A stretch of DNA of 64,000 nt from Squalus acanthias. Its lineage: Eukaryota. Below are positions 39,871 to 52,970 of this stretch, piece after piece. The notes under the pieces are model-generated. The model was not told the origin of the DNA and did not search any database. It saw only the letters and a list, made by a program, of their open reading frames with translations. The stretch spans positions 1,116,001 to 1,180,000 of the forward strand of contig CM059426.1 in NCBI GenBank assembly GCA_030390025.1, written 5' to 3'. A program made the position numbers and the translations under genes. Positions within the stretch are counted from its first letter, which is position 1; each line of letters starts with the position of its first letter.

Positions 39871-40109
39871 TTAGAGATCATTTTACGTTTCTTTACGTTC
39901 CGTTTATGCTATTTAGTCAGCCACATGCTTTGTTAAGAATGCAAGCCGATTTGAACTAGGTCGGATTCACAAAGGGAGAAATTGCGTCCATCTTGCGGGT
40001 GTAAAACAGGCACGACATAGACCAATTTCTGGGGGTCGCACGAGGTCCTGTGTATGATCTGTGCCGGCAGCATGGGTGCTGCCACATTGGTCCTCGGTGC
40101 TTTTAGGCA

Positions 40110-40475
40110 TAAGAACATAAGAAATAGGAGCAGGAGTAGGCCACTCGGCCCCTCGAGCCTGCTCCACCATTCAATAGGATCATCTACATCAACTCCACCT
40201 TCTCGCCCTATCCCCATATCCTTTGATTATATTAGTGGCAAAAAAAATCTATCGATCTCAGTCTTGAATATACTCAACAACTGCGCATCCACGGCTGTTT
40301 GGAGCAGAGAATTCCAAAGATTCACAACTCTCTGAGTGAAGATATTTCTCTTTCTCCTCAGCGCAGTCCTAAATGGCCGACCCCTTATCCTGAGAATATG
40401 AACCCTAGTTCTAGATTCTCCAGCCAGGGGAAACAACCACTCAGCATCTACCCTGTCAATCCGTCTAAGAATTTT
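40110..40475 (-). mobile_element. CR1 3' end fragment
   Basis: KILRRIDRVDAEWLFPLAGESRTR..FTQRVVNLWNSL; cataagaa tail. Confidence 0.85.
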
Positions 40476-40675
40476 ATGACACTGGGAATTGGCCATTGCT
40501 GTATTTCTACATCGCTGCATATCTGAGCTGAAGGCAGGAGTGCCAACCCTGGCCTCACGCCTTTCCTGCCACTGTTGAGTTTTGGATGAGACAAAAGGTA
40601 CCAACCCTAACTGGTTGCTCCAAGTTATGGTGATTTTTAAATAAAGGGAAGCATTTGCTCTGCTACTCACACTTT

Positions 40676-43600
40676 GGCCGCGATTTCCCTACCGAGGCGG
40701 GTCCGAGGCGGGCGAGGTCAGTGGCGGGTCGCAGTCCCGCTGCCTGCTCCATCCCGGCCTCCGACATGACTTTGCCCTGATTGGGCTTGTTAAGCCCCGC
40801 CCAGCAAGTTTCCCGGCCAGTTGAAGAAAGCGGGTCTGATGACAGTCATTTTAAGACGCGTCATCATAGAAACATAGAAACATAGAAGATAGGAGCAGGA
40901 GTAGGCCATTCGGCCCCTCGAGCCTGCTCCGCCATTCAATGCGATCATGGCTGCTCATCCAAATTCAGTACCCTGTCCCTGCTTTCTCCCCATATCCCTT
41001 GATCCCCTTAGCCTTAAGAAATATATCCAACTCCTTCTTGAATATATTTAATGAATTGGCCTCAACTGCCTTGTGTGGTAGAGAATTCCACAGGTTCACC
41101 ACTCTCTGGGTGAAGAAATTCCTCCTCATCTCAGTCCTAAATGGCTTACCCCTTATCCTTAGACTGTGACCCCTGGTTCTGGACTCTCCTGCCATTGGGA
41201 ACATCCTTCCTGCATCTAGTCTGTCTAGTCCTGTTAGAATTTTATAAGTTTCAATGAGATCACCTCTCATTCTTCTAAACTCTAGCGAATATAAGCCTAA
41301 TCGACCCAATCTCTCTTCATACGTCATTCCTGCCATCCCAGGTATCAGTCTGGTGAATCTTCGCTGCACTCCCTCCATGGCAAGAACATCCTTCCTCAGA
41401 TAAGGCAACCAAAACTGCACACAATACTCAAGGTGTGGTCTCACCAAGGCCCTGTACAACTGCAGCAAGACATCCTTGCTCCTGTACTCGAATCCTCTCG
41501 CTATGAAGGCCAACATACCATTTGCCTTCTTAACCGCCTGCTGCACCTGCATGCTTACCTTCAGCGACTGGTGCACAAGGACACCCAGGTCTCGTTGCAC
41601 TTCCCCTTCTCCCAATCTTTTGCCGTTCAGATAATAATCTGCCTTCTGTTTTTGACACCAAAGTGGATAACCTCGCATTTATCCACATTATACTGCATCT
41701 GCCATGCATCTGCCCAATCACCCAACCTGTCCAAATCATACTGGAGTTTCTCTGCATCCTCTCACAGCACACACGCCCACCCAGCTTTGTGTCGTCTGCA
41801 AACTTGGAGATATTACATCTAGTTCCCTCGTCTAGATCATTAATATATATTGTGAATAACTGGGGTCCTAGCACCGATCCCTGTGGTACCCCACTAGTCA
41901 CTGCCTGCCACTCGGAAAAAGACCCGTTTATTCCAACTCTTTGCTTCATGTCTGCCAACCAGTTTTCTATCCAAGTCAGTACCTTACCCCCAATCCCATG
42001 TGCTTTAACTTTGCACGCTAATCTCTTATGCGGGACCTTATCGAAAGCCTTCTGAAAGTCCAAATACACCACATCCACTGGTTCTCCCTTATCTATTCTA
42101 CCAGTTACATCCTCAAAAAACTCCAGTAGATTAGTCAAGCATGATTTACCTTTTGTAAATCCATGTTGACTTTGTCCGATCCTGTCACTGTTTTCCAAGT
42201 GTTCTGCTATTACATCTTTTATAATGGACTCTAGCATTTTCCCCACTACCGATGTCAGGCTTACCGATCTATAATTCCCCGTTTTCTCTCTCCCACCTTT
42301 TTTAAATAGTGGGGTTACATTAGCTACCCTCCAATCCATGGGAACTGTTCCAGAGTCTATAGAATGTTGGAAGATGACCAGCAATGCATCTACTATTTCG
42401 AGGGCCACTTCCTTAAGTACCCTAGGATGTAGATTATCAGGCCCTGGGGATTTATCGGCCTTCAATCCCGTCAATTTCCCTAACACCATTTCCCTACAAA
42501 TACTGATTTCATTCAGTTCCTCCCTCTCATTAGACCCTATGTTCCCCGACATCTCTGGGAGTTTATTTGTGTCCTCCTTTGTGAAGACAGACCAAAGTAT
42601 GCATCAGCCGGTTTCCTTAAAGGGAACATGCAAAAATTTACTTTGACGTTTGTGCTGTCAGTGTTCTACAGTATTGAGGTGCTGCAAACACTGACAAGCA
42701 CGGCACAAAGGTGCACAGCTGCACCCAGGCTCTCCTGTGACTCCCTCCATATTCTTATGGAACGAGTCACAGCACGCAGGGAGGTTCTCTTCCCTTCCAA
42801 TGGGCGGAAGAGACCTCCCCAGGAGATCAACACAGCCTGGTTGCACATTGCACAGGAGGACACAAGCAGGGATGTCGTCAGGAGGACCAGGCTGCAGTGG
42901 CGCAAACTTTTCAATGATCTCAGTAGATCACGAAACGTTACTGCAAAGCCACACTCAACCTTATCCTGCTGTGCCACTCATCACATCCCCATCACTCTGC
43001 CTTCCCTACCCTACTCCTGCACATCTTTACTCACACCAACTTACCTTGCACCTCCACCCATCCCTCTCTATCTATATTATCACTTCCCCATCTCACTAGT
43101 CACCCCTCACACTCACCCTCATCCTAGTGCAATCATACCAACTAACAACACACAAGGGTAGGCACTTGTGTGTTTTAGCCAATGTTCATGTAAAGTTTCT
43201 GTTAATATTCTGTCAAACATTGAAATCTTTATTTTCAACACTTGCGTTCTTGGACAGATTTGTGTGCACCTTTGGAAGTATCTTAGTGACATAACGGTAC
43301 CCCCTGCAATACTGATGAGTGTGAAAGGAATGGCTTGGGCATTGTAAGGATGCTTTATGCTGTTGGTGTGGGGTGGTGCCAACCTGGTGCATCATGTGGC
43401 AGCCAGGGTGTGCAGCATCAAGTGAAGTAAATGTGGCCATGGTGAAGCCATCCCTGGCATCCCGGGCAGCAATGTGGTTGGGTGCTGATGCCCTGTGTCC
43501 TGTGCAGCATCAGGTGATTGCGGAGAAGGTTGGTGTGGTTGTTGGTGCTGCTAGTGTGCCTGGTGATACTGGTGTTGGGGCTGATCGTGGTCAGATTCTG

Positions 43601-44167
43601 AGGACCAAGGTGAGAGAGTATAAAATGCACCCATGCTGATGGAATAGATGGCAGGTGAAGTAGAGATGACAGAAGCGATCTGTCAATGGTGGAAGAGGTA
43701 ATGAGGTCAGACTGACTGAGACTTGTGTAAAGACTTGCAGCATCCTGAATCTGTAGTGGAAATGCAGTTTAGAGAAGCTAGTGGTTAAGGGAAGATATCT
43801 GAATCCGCTGGGAGCTTTGACTTGACATTTAAAGCTGTCAACTCATCAGCTGATTCAATGGCCACTGACCTCCCTGCCTCAGCTTCACAGACGAGGTCTC
43901 GGCACAGCGGGAAACTGGTGGGCGACCTGTCAAATTCAAAAATCTGGGAAAAAAAGCATTGTTAAGTGGCTGTAAACAATCCATGGATGATTTGAATTGG
44001 GTCCCCCGCTGCTGCCTGTCGGGTCTGCTCAGCACTGGCAGACCCGACATCGGGAAATGCAGGTGTGCGCATTTTGACAGCGAGTTCCCAACCCGCTGTC
44101 AATCATTTTAATGTCACAGCTGACCCGCCACCAACCGGGTCCGCAGAGCGCCGGCAAAATCGTGGCC
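40676..44167. mobile_element. Non-autonomous Harbinger element (family D) with a Myb exon and a nested CR1
   Basis: TIRs GGCCGCGATTTCCC / GGCAAAATCGTGGCC, TSD TTT; Myb-like AAPRLSCDSLHILMERVTARREVLF..AWLHIAQE..QWRKLFNDL at ~42700-42935. Confidence 0.85.
40867..42601 (-). mobile_element. CR1 LINE, 5'-truncated, same young family as 22950-25696
   Basis: Near-identical RT translation; (catagaaa)n tail; flanked by a catca duplication. Confidence 0.95.
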
Positions 44168-44589
44168 TTTGTTTGTGTCTGTCCAGGCAGGAAATTGCAC
44201 TCGGCAGACGAGAAACCACTAACTAAACAAAAACGCACCAGACTGGTCAGACTGATGAATAAATAAAGCAGCAATACTTCATTCTTATGATGAAAAAAGA
44301 AATTAAATCTTAATGATCTTGGAAATAGTGCAGCTAATGTTGCAGATGTTATCATCACAACTGTTTTGAGAGCGCTAGTTTTCATACAGGAGTAATTATT
44401 CGTTGACACGGGAATAATAATGAGACAATCGGGTGAATTCAGTGATCCCATGCTTCTCAAGGGAATTTGCACTTTAAGGGAAGGTGGTTCAGAGATACGG
44501 CTACAAAAGTGCGGCACCAGTTTTACGATAAGCACTCACTCTGAGCGCACCTTCCCACTGGATATTGGCCATTGCTGTATTTACTCTGA

Positions 44590-44830
44590 TATCCTTGATG
44601 TCGGGAGCAAGTTTAACTGTGAAGCGGACTGTGAGTGACTTCAGGAGGACGTAGGCAGGTTAGTAGATTGGACAGACAACTGGCGCATGAAAATTTAACA
44701 ATGAAAAATGTGAAGTGATACATTTTGGGACGAAGAATAAGGAGAAGAAATATACAATAAACGGCGAAACTTTAAAGGAGAGTAGAGGAGCAGAGGGGAC
44801 TTGGGAGTTCAGATGCGCAGTGGTAGATTA
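44590..44830 (+). mobile_element. Old CR1 fragment
   Basis: Translation CEVIHFGTKNKEKKYTING. Confidence 0.7.
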
Positions 44831-45160
44831 TGAGTCCGGGCCCGTTTTCGAGCACGCCCCCAAACCGAGAGGCCCGAAGATCGATAGCATTTGGTCCTCG
44901 GGCCTCAAACATTCTCGGGGTGAGCTGCCGGCACTGGTCGCACCTCCACAAGCAGCTCGCTCGAGCAAAGAGATTAAGGTCGGGCCACCTGCCTCGCCGG
45001 CAGCAGCCCCAAGGTAAGTCCTGGAAGAGGGGATTGGGGTGGGCCATGTGGTGGGGGGGGGCGAACGTGTCTCCTGTGGAATTGGAGGAGCAGTCCCGAC
45101 GCCTGCCCCGCTCATCAGTGACTCATTTCAGCAAGGGTGCCTTCAACCTATAGTTATGAG

Positions 45161-45335
45161 AAAAATGAGAAGTCGCACAACACCAGTTTATAGTCCAACA
45201 GTTTTATTTGAAATTACGAGCTTTCGGAGCGCTCCGAAAGCTCGTAATTTCAAATAAAACTGTTGGACTATAACCTGGTGTTGTGCGACTTCTCATTTTT
45301 GTCCACCCCAGTCCAACGCCGGCATCTCCGCATCA
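45161..45335 (+). mobile_element. Penelope-like 3'-terminal fold-back insertion (70-bp arms)
   Basis: Arms 45161-45230 / 45231-45300, no loop, one mismatch; 12-bp TSD tatagttatgag; same family as 3451-3670. Confidence 0.8.
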
Positions 45336-45342
45336 TATAGTT

Positions 45343-45908
45343 ATGAGGACAGACTCAAGAAGGGTTTTTATTTCATTCAAGCAAAGAAGGTTGAGAGGGG
45401 ATCTAATAGTGTTGTTCAAAATTATGAGAGATTTTGATAAAGTAAATTGGGGAAAATTATTTCCACTGGTCAGTGAGTCAGTAACTAGAGAGCATAAATA
45501 TAACATCATCACCAAAAGAACAAAGGGAGAGGTCAGAAGAAATGTTTTAATGCAGAATGTTGTTAGAACATAGAATGTCTGACGAGAACCAGTGGTAGCA
45601 GCAGAATCCATAATAGATTTTAACGGGGAAGTGGATAAAGAATTGTAAAATGGGAAATTTGGATAACTCTTTTAGAATCATAGAATGGTTACAGCACAGA
45701 AGGAAGCCATTCGGCCCATCGAGCCCGTGCGGGCTCTCTGCAAGATCACTTCAGCTAGTCCCACTCCACCGCCCTTTCCCTGTAGCCCTGCAAATTTATT
45801 TGCTTCAGGTACTTATCCAATTCCCTTTTGAAAGCCACAATTGAATCTGCCTCCACCACCCTCTCAGGCAGTGCATTCCAGATCCTAACCACTCGCTGTG
45901 TAAAAAAG
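45343..45908 (+). repeat. Left copy of a ~565-bp direct duplication flanking the RTE
   Basis: Colinear with 47184-47746; made of CR1 fragments. Confidence 0.9.
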
Positions 45909-47183
45909 TATTTCTCCGCCTGCTTCACGACGACATGCAAGCCGTGATCCTGACCAACGGTTCTACCACAGACCCAATTCATGTACGGACCGGGGTCAAG
46001 TGAGGCTGTGTCATCGCACCAACGCTCTTCTCGATCTTCCTTGCGGCAATGTGCCATCTCACTCTCAGTAAGCTCCCGCTGGAGTGGAGCTAATTTACAG
46101 AACAAACGGGAAACTGTTCAACCTCCGTCACCTCCAGTCCAGATCCAAGGTCGTCCCTTCCTCTGTCATCGAATTACAGTATGCAGACGACGCTTGCGTC
46201 TGCGCACACTCGGAGGTCGAACTCCAAACCATCGTTAACACCTTCACCGATGCGTACGAGAGCATGGGCCTTACACTAAACATCCGTAAGACAAAGGTCC
46301 TCTACCAACCTGCCCCCGCCACACAGTACTGCCCCCCAATTATCAAAATCCATGACGAGGCCTTGGACAACGTGGACCACTTTCCATACCTCGGGAGCCT
46401 ACTGTCAACAAGGGCAGACGTCGATGACGAAGTCCAACACCGCCTTCAGTGTGCCAGTGCAGTCTTCGGTCACCTGAGGAAGAGAGTGTTTGAAGACCAG
46501 GACCTCAAACCCAGCACCAAGCTCATGGTCTACAGAGCAGTAGTAATACCCGCCCTCCTGTATGCCTCAGAGACATGGACCATGTACAGCAGGCACCTCA
46601 AAGCACTTGAGAGGTACCACCAACGCTGCCTCCACAAGATCCTGCAAATCCATTGGCAGGATAGGCGCATCAACGTCAGTGTTCTCGCTCAGGCCAACAT
46701 CCCCAGCATTGAAGCTTTGACCATGCTCGATCAGCTCCGATGGACGGGCCACATCGTCCGCATGCCCGATACGAGACTCTCAAAACAAGCGCTCTACTCA
46801 GAGCTCTGACACGGCAAGAGAGCCCCAGGTGGGCAGAGGAAACGCTTCAAGGACACCCTCAAAGCCTCCTTGAAAAAGTGCAACATCCCCACCGACACCT
46901 GGGAATCCCTGGCCCAAGACTGTACAAAGTGGAGGAGAAGCATCCGGGAAGGCGCCGAACACCTCGAGTCTCTTCGCCGGGAGCAAGCGGAAGCCAAGCG
47001 CAAACAGCGGAAGGAGCGCACGTCAACCCAAGCACCCCACCCACCCGCCCCTTCAACCACCGTCTGCCCCACCTGTGACAGAGACTGTAGGTCCCACATT
47101 GGACTCATCAGTCACCTGAGAACTCATTTTTAATGTGGAAGCAAGTCATCCTCGGTTCCGAGAGACTGCCTAAGAAGAAGAAG
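45909..47183 (+). mobile_element. RTE-clade (BovB-like) LINE, 5'-truncated
   Basis: YRTNGKLFNLRHL, LQYADDAC, FPYLGS, C-terminal CPTCDRDC..HLRTH zinc finger and an (AAG)n tail. Confidence 0.93.
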
Positions 47184-47746
47184 ATGAGGACAGACTCGAG
47201 AAGGGTTTTTATTTCATTCAAGCAAAGAAGGTTGAGAGGGGATCTAATCGTGTTGTTCAAAATTATGAGAAATTTTGATAAAGTAAATTGGGGAAAATGA
47301 TTTCCACTGGTCAGTGAGTCAGTAACTAGAGAGCATAAATATAACATCATCACCAAAAGAACAAAGGGAGAGGTCAGAAGAAATGTTTTAATGCAGAATG
47401 TTGTTAGAATATAGAATGCCTGACTAGAACGAATGGTAGCAGCAGAATCCATAATAGATTTTAACGGGGAAGTGGATAAAGAATTGTAAAATGGGACTGG
47501 GTAACTCTTTTAGAATCATAGAATGGTTACAGCACAGAAGGAGGCCATTCGGCCCATTGAGCCCATGCCGGCTCTCTGCAAGAGCACTTCAGCTAGTCCC
47601 ACTCCACCGCCCTTTCCCCGTAGCCCTGCAAATTTTTTTGCTTCAGGTACTTATCCAATTCCCTTTTGAAAGCCACAATTGAATCTGCCTCCACCACCCT
47701 CTCAGGCAGTGCATTCCAGATCCTCACCACTCGCTGTGTAAAAAAG
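47184..47746 (+). repeat. Right copy of the ~565-bp duplication
   Basis: Starts directly after the RTE tail and continues into the uninterrupted CR1. Confidence 0.9.
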
Positions 47747-48222
47747 ATTTTCCTCATGTCGCCTTTGGTTCTTCTGCCAGTCACCTTAAATCTGTGTCCT
47801 CTGTTTCTCGACCCTTCCGCCAATGGGAACAGTTTCTCTCTATCTACTCTGTCCAGATCCCTCATGATTTTGAACACCTCTATCAAATCTCCTCTCAACC
47901 TTCTCTGCTCTAAGGAAAACAACCCCAGCTTCTCCAGTCTATCCACGTAACTGAAGTCCCTCATCCCTGAAGCCATTCTTGTAAATCTTTTCTGCACCCT
48001 CTCCAAAGCCTTCACATCCTTCCTGAAGTGCAGTGGCCAGAATTGGACACATTACTCCAGTTGAGGCCGAACCAGTGTTTTCTAAAAGGTTCATCATAAC
48101 TTCCTTGCTCTTGTACTCTATGCCTCTGTTTATGAAGCCCAGGATCCTGTATGCTTTTTTAACCACTTTCTCAACCTGCCCTGCCACCTTCAATGATTTG
48201 TGCACATATACCCCTAGGTCTC
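47510..48222 (-). mobile_element. CR1 3' fragment
   Basis: Translation KALERVQKRFTRM..LFSLEQRRLRGDLIEVFKIM. Confidence 0.92.
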
Positions 48223-48287
48223 GCTGGTCAGTGCCAGCATAAGCATAAAGGGCCAAATGGCCTTTTTCAGAGTTGTAAAATTCTGGA

Positions 48288-48895
48288 GGGCCGATTTCAA
48301 CCCTGTCTGCCCAGCAAAAACTGGGTGAGTGGGCAGTTAAAATGGGCGCAGTGACTTACCCCCACAGATCCCACTGCCTTCCCACGGGTTGTGATCTTAA
48401 CCTGCTCTTCTGAGCAGGCGAGAGTGCCACTCGCCAGAAGGCAGCGGGGTCCTTCTTTAAATGCGCGGATCGGGGTCCGCTGATAGAATCAGGGCCCAGT
48501 TGCAATTTTAACCAGAGATCTGCGTGTGGAAGCCATTGTGGCTCCCACCGCTAGGCCAACCTGGCGGCGAGAGGAGCCGGGGCCAGAAGAGGCCCAGAAG
48601 GATGAGTTAACCTTTTTGTTTCTTTGTGGGCCCCACAAGGCGACCTTGGCTTCCCTTCTCCCTCCCGAACTCCCTCCCAACAACATACCTGAGTGCTGGG
48701 GATCGTTCCTTCCGGTCCCCAACGATGGCCTCCTGCCACCCAGGATCCTGTTCCCGTCCACCGGTGCCAGATAATGCTTCCTGTCAGGTTCAGGCCTATT
48801 CCGATGAGTTGAAATCTCCCGGGCCTCACGCTGCAGTTTGCTGTCCACCTCGGGCCCCCACCGGCATAACTTCCATCGGGAGTTAAAATCGGCCC
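48288..48895. mobile_element. MITE-like element
   Basis: TIRs GGGCCGATTTCAAC / GTTAAAATCGGCCC. Confidence 0.8.
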
Positions 48896-49859
48896 GTAAA
48901 ATTCTACATGTCCTGCAATATGTTTTCTTTATCAAAATACAATTTTTACTTTCCTATCACAGTATAAGGTAAAAGTCAGATTTTATTGCTGATTTTAAAA
49001 AAATGGCTTTTTTTTCATGTGTTTTTCAGGTTCCTTTTTTTTTAACTCTCTAAAACCAGGTGAAAGTCAGAGAGGAAGCTGCTCCCCAAAAATCTGGTAA
49101 AACCAGAGAACATCGATTTTTTTTCTTTGAATCGTCGTTAAAACTGAAGAAAACAAGCCAAGGACTGAAAAGGGTGCGAGCGAAGCTACCTGACAACCCA
49201 CAATTCTGTACACAGTTACAGGCCTCAGGGGGCAGCTCCAGAAGGTCTCGCATGCGTTCGCTCTCAGTTGCGTGAAACTTTTTGTTTGCTAAGTTGGGCC
49301 CTCCTGGAACCTTGGAAGCAGCCAAGCCTGGAAAACATTCTCTCCGCGTCAGCAGAGCCAGATGGCACAACGAGGCTGCACGAAGCTGCCAGGGTCAAAT
49401 GTAAAAAAGTCTGTTCCGTGCCCATTTAAGAAAGAATTTGAACTTGCCTTAATATAACGCCTTTCATGACCTCAGGACGTCCCAAAGCACTTTACAGCCA
49501 ATGAAGTACTTTTGAAGTGTAGTCTCTCCGTTGTAATGTAGGAAGCGATGTTTTAGACAGATTAGACCATTAGGTAAATTTTGCCAGATTCTACATCAGT
49601 GGCGGGGGCCTCACACGCAGCCAGCGTCTATTAGTAAATCCCACGTGTTTCCAATATTCGCTGGCTCCATGCAGGAATCCACCAGTAGTACAAAAATAAC
49701 CCCTATGTATTGTTAGATTCTGTTCTCTAGAGTTTAAAGAGAAATTTGAAAAAATTATTAGCTTTCTGGAGATGAAAAATTGTGTTGTGTCCTTGGAAGC
49801 AGCTCAGGAGTAATTTTTTTTTAAAACAAGGTTGACAAATGTGCCTCCCCACAACTTAA

Positions 49860-50290
49860 TAGCAACATAGGAACAGGAGAAGACCTCGAGCCTGCTCCGC
49901 CATTCAGTGAGATCATGGCTGATCTGCGATCTAACTCCATATACCTGCCTTTGGTCCATATCCCTTAATACCTTTGGTTAACAAAAAGCTATCAATCTCC
50001 GATTTAAAATTAACAATTGATCCAGCATCAATTGCCGTTTGCGGAAGAGCGTTCCAAACTTCTACCACCCTTTGTGTGTAGAAGTGTTTCCTAATTTCAC
50101 TCCTGAAAGGTCTGGCTCTAATTTTTAGACAATGCCCCCTAGTCCCAGACTCCCCAACCGGTGGAAATAGTTTCTCTCTATCTACCCTATCTGTTCCCCT
50201 TAATATCTTGAAAACTTCGATCAGATCACCCCTTAACCTTCTAAATTCTAGGGAATACAACCCTAATTTGTGTAATCTCTCCTCGTAACT
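49860..50290 (-). mobile_element. CR1 3' fragment
   Basis: Translation YSLEFRRLRGDLIEVFKILRG..FYTQRVVEVWNALP. Confidence 0.9.
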
Positions 50291-52138
50291 TAATAAAACA
50301 AGAGAAACTTCTATAAAAATGGAGCAATGGTTTGTGTTTTGAATTTTGTTTTCTTCAGATTGAAAAACTCATCTTTTTGCCTTCAGATTATCTGGGAAGA
50401 AGCTGAGATGCATCACAAGAAAAAAATAATTCATAACATAACTCAAAAAACACCTAAAAAAATTAAAATAATTTGACTAGAATAATTACTTGTAAAATTA
50501 ATTACTTAATGTACAAGCTCCCAATGGCACTATTCAAAGAGGAGTAGGGAATAATCCTGACCAAAATTCTTCCTTCAACCAAAATCAGATTAACTGGTCA
50601 GTCAGCTGATTTACTGTTTGTGGGATCTTACTGTGTGCAAATTGCCTGCTGCTTGTGTCTAAATAGCAAGAGTGACTACATTTCCAGAGTAATGTGCTGG
50701 TTGTGAAACATTTTAAGGCATGAGGAAGCACCATATAAATTTCTTTCCCTCTAAATAACGTGAATAATATTTTTATGTTCTGTCAGATATGTGACATATT
50801 GCTCCAGTAAATTAGTTATTACACAGCAAGAGACAAGGCACTGTCACAGTTAGGTTGCATCAGGACCATGGGAAACATCAGAAACTGCACTCACGGTCCA
50901 GACCGCCCATGAGCGATGCCATGGGACATCCACATGTAGTAATTAAAATGTTAGAATAAATTTTAATCTGTGGTTTCGAAGAATGTCCCGTCTCCAATTA
51001 TACACTTGATTTAACTTCCTCTTTCTTAAACTGAAGACCCAAGCCATTGTTTCAACTTAATCATGATGAATTACCTGAGCCAGTTTTCTCCTTGGATTTG
51101 CGATTAATTAAAGGCCTAGCAGGCATGCTGTGTGGGAGCTGACGATGAACCAGGAAGGCTTTCTCCCAAACAATAACACACAAGGCAAGCAAAAAATGTA
51201 GTGATTATGAAGAGAAAGGACTGACGTTCACACAACAGGTCAAGAATAGAACTGAGGTGGGACGGTCAGATCTGGGCGAAGAACACCACAAACGTAGCAG
51301 GGAATTTAAGAAAAGTATTTGAAAGCTCTAATGTTTACTTGTTACAGCAAGGGTGCGGCTGGCTCTCAAATATCATTTTAGAAACATGGTTTACTTCAAG
51401 TCATTCTTGAGCAGCAAAGGATAGACGGCAACTGCAGGCCTAAAATCCTGGAACTCCCTCCCTAACAGCACAGTGGGAGTACCTTCACTACACGGACTGC
51501 AGCGGTTCAAGAAGGCGGCAATTAGGGATGGGCAGTAAATGCTGGCCTTGCCAGTGACCCCCAATTCCCGTGAACGAATTTTTAAAAAATCACACGGTGT
51601 CTTGTGGGTAAATCAAGGTCACCTCAATTTTCATTCAGCCATTTACCCCAAACATTGCGCATTTCCACAGCTGGATTAACAAAATGTTGAGCATTTTTAC
51701 CAGCTCATTAGCTGTTTCCAAAGTGTTCAAGGATCGCTGTCACACTTGTGTCGTGATTGGCTGCTATATTATTGCTGCTAACAGAATCACATCTTCAGGA
51801 AATATGCGTTCAGAATCATGCATTCCCTCGTTTCAGGAGCAGGTCATCAATTACAATGTAAAGTTAGTAATTATCCCCCGTTTCAACAAAAAAGTAAAAT
51901 CTAGATGAAGTGATTATGGGGAGGAGGGAGCACTTCAGATTCAAAGACCTGTGGAAAAGCATTTCAGTGTTTTCGTTACACAACAATACTGATTCAAGAT
52001 GATACTTTTAGGTTTGGAAACTTAAATGAAGTATGTAAAATGGAGCATACCTTTGTAACTGTTGCATTTATGGAGATGATGAGAGCCTGTATCATTCCTG
52101 GCATGTCCAATACATGGAAATTGTCTACGAGGAATCTC

Positions 52139-52320
52139 TGGGGGTGATTTTGAGTCTGTGAGATAGTGTAAAACGGGTGATAGCCAATCGACAGCCCTTT
52201 TTACATCTCTCCCGATTTCCATTTCTGTTGACTTCAACAGAAATTAAATCGAGAGAGATGTAAACGGGCTGCCGATTCGCTATCACCCGTTTTACACCAT
52301 CGCCCAGTGTTAAAATCGGT
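52139..52320. mobile_element. Short palindromic MITE
   Basis: gtgtaaaacgggtgatagc..gctatcacccgttttacac inverted arms; related ends at 8840-8975 and 12566-12665. Confidence 0.65.
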
Positions 52321-52514
52321 ATATTTTATGTTCCTATGTAAAGAAAGCTTTCAAGAGTATTAGGAAAATATGTGTAAAATGGAAGCCAAATTTGTACGCC
52401 AATGTCACAACCACCTGGAATTTCCGCATGGGCTCTCTGATGGGAGATTGTCCATTTGTGCCATTTCTCTGAAGAGACGGTGGGAGATCGGCAGAACCCC
52501 ACAAAAATATGTTA

Positions 52515-52970
52515 AAGAAAGACTTGCATTTATATAGTGCCTTTCACGACCACCGGACGTCTCAAAGCGCTTTACAGCCAATGAAGTACTTTTTGAAGTG
52601 TAGTCACTGTTGTAATGTGGGAAACGCAGCAGCCAATTTGCACACAGCAAGCTCCCACAAACAGCAATGTGATAATGACCAGATAATCTGTTTTGGTTAA
52701 GGATAAATATTGGCCAGGACATCAGGGATAACTCCCCTGCTCTTCTTCGAAATAGTGCCATGGGATCTTTTACATCCACCTGAGAGGGCAGACAGGGCCT
52801 CGGTTTAACATCTCATCTGAAAGTCGACACCTCCAACAGTGCAGCGCTCCCTCAGCACTGCACTGGAGCATCAGCCTAGCTTTATTTGCTCAAGTCCCTG
52901 GAGTGGGACTTGAACCCACAACCTTCTGACTCCAGAGGCGAGTGTGCTACCCACTGAGACACAGCTGACA
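52515..52970 (-). mobile_element. Deu-domain SINE (SacSINE1-like), full length
   Basis: Reverse complement of the 13485-13930 type, including the tRNA-like head. Confidence 0.85.

Noticed and set aside
49050-49400. Exon-like unique sequence with possible splice sites on both strands
   Set aside because: No recognisable protein and no consistent exon chain; left uncalled.
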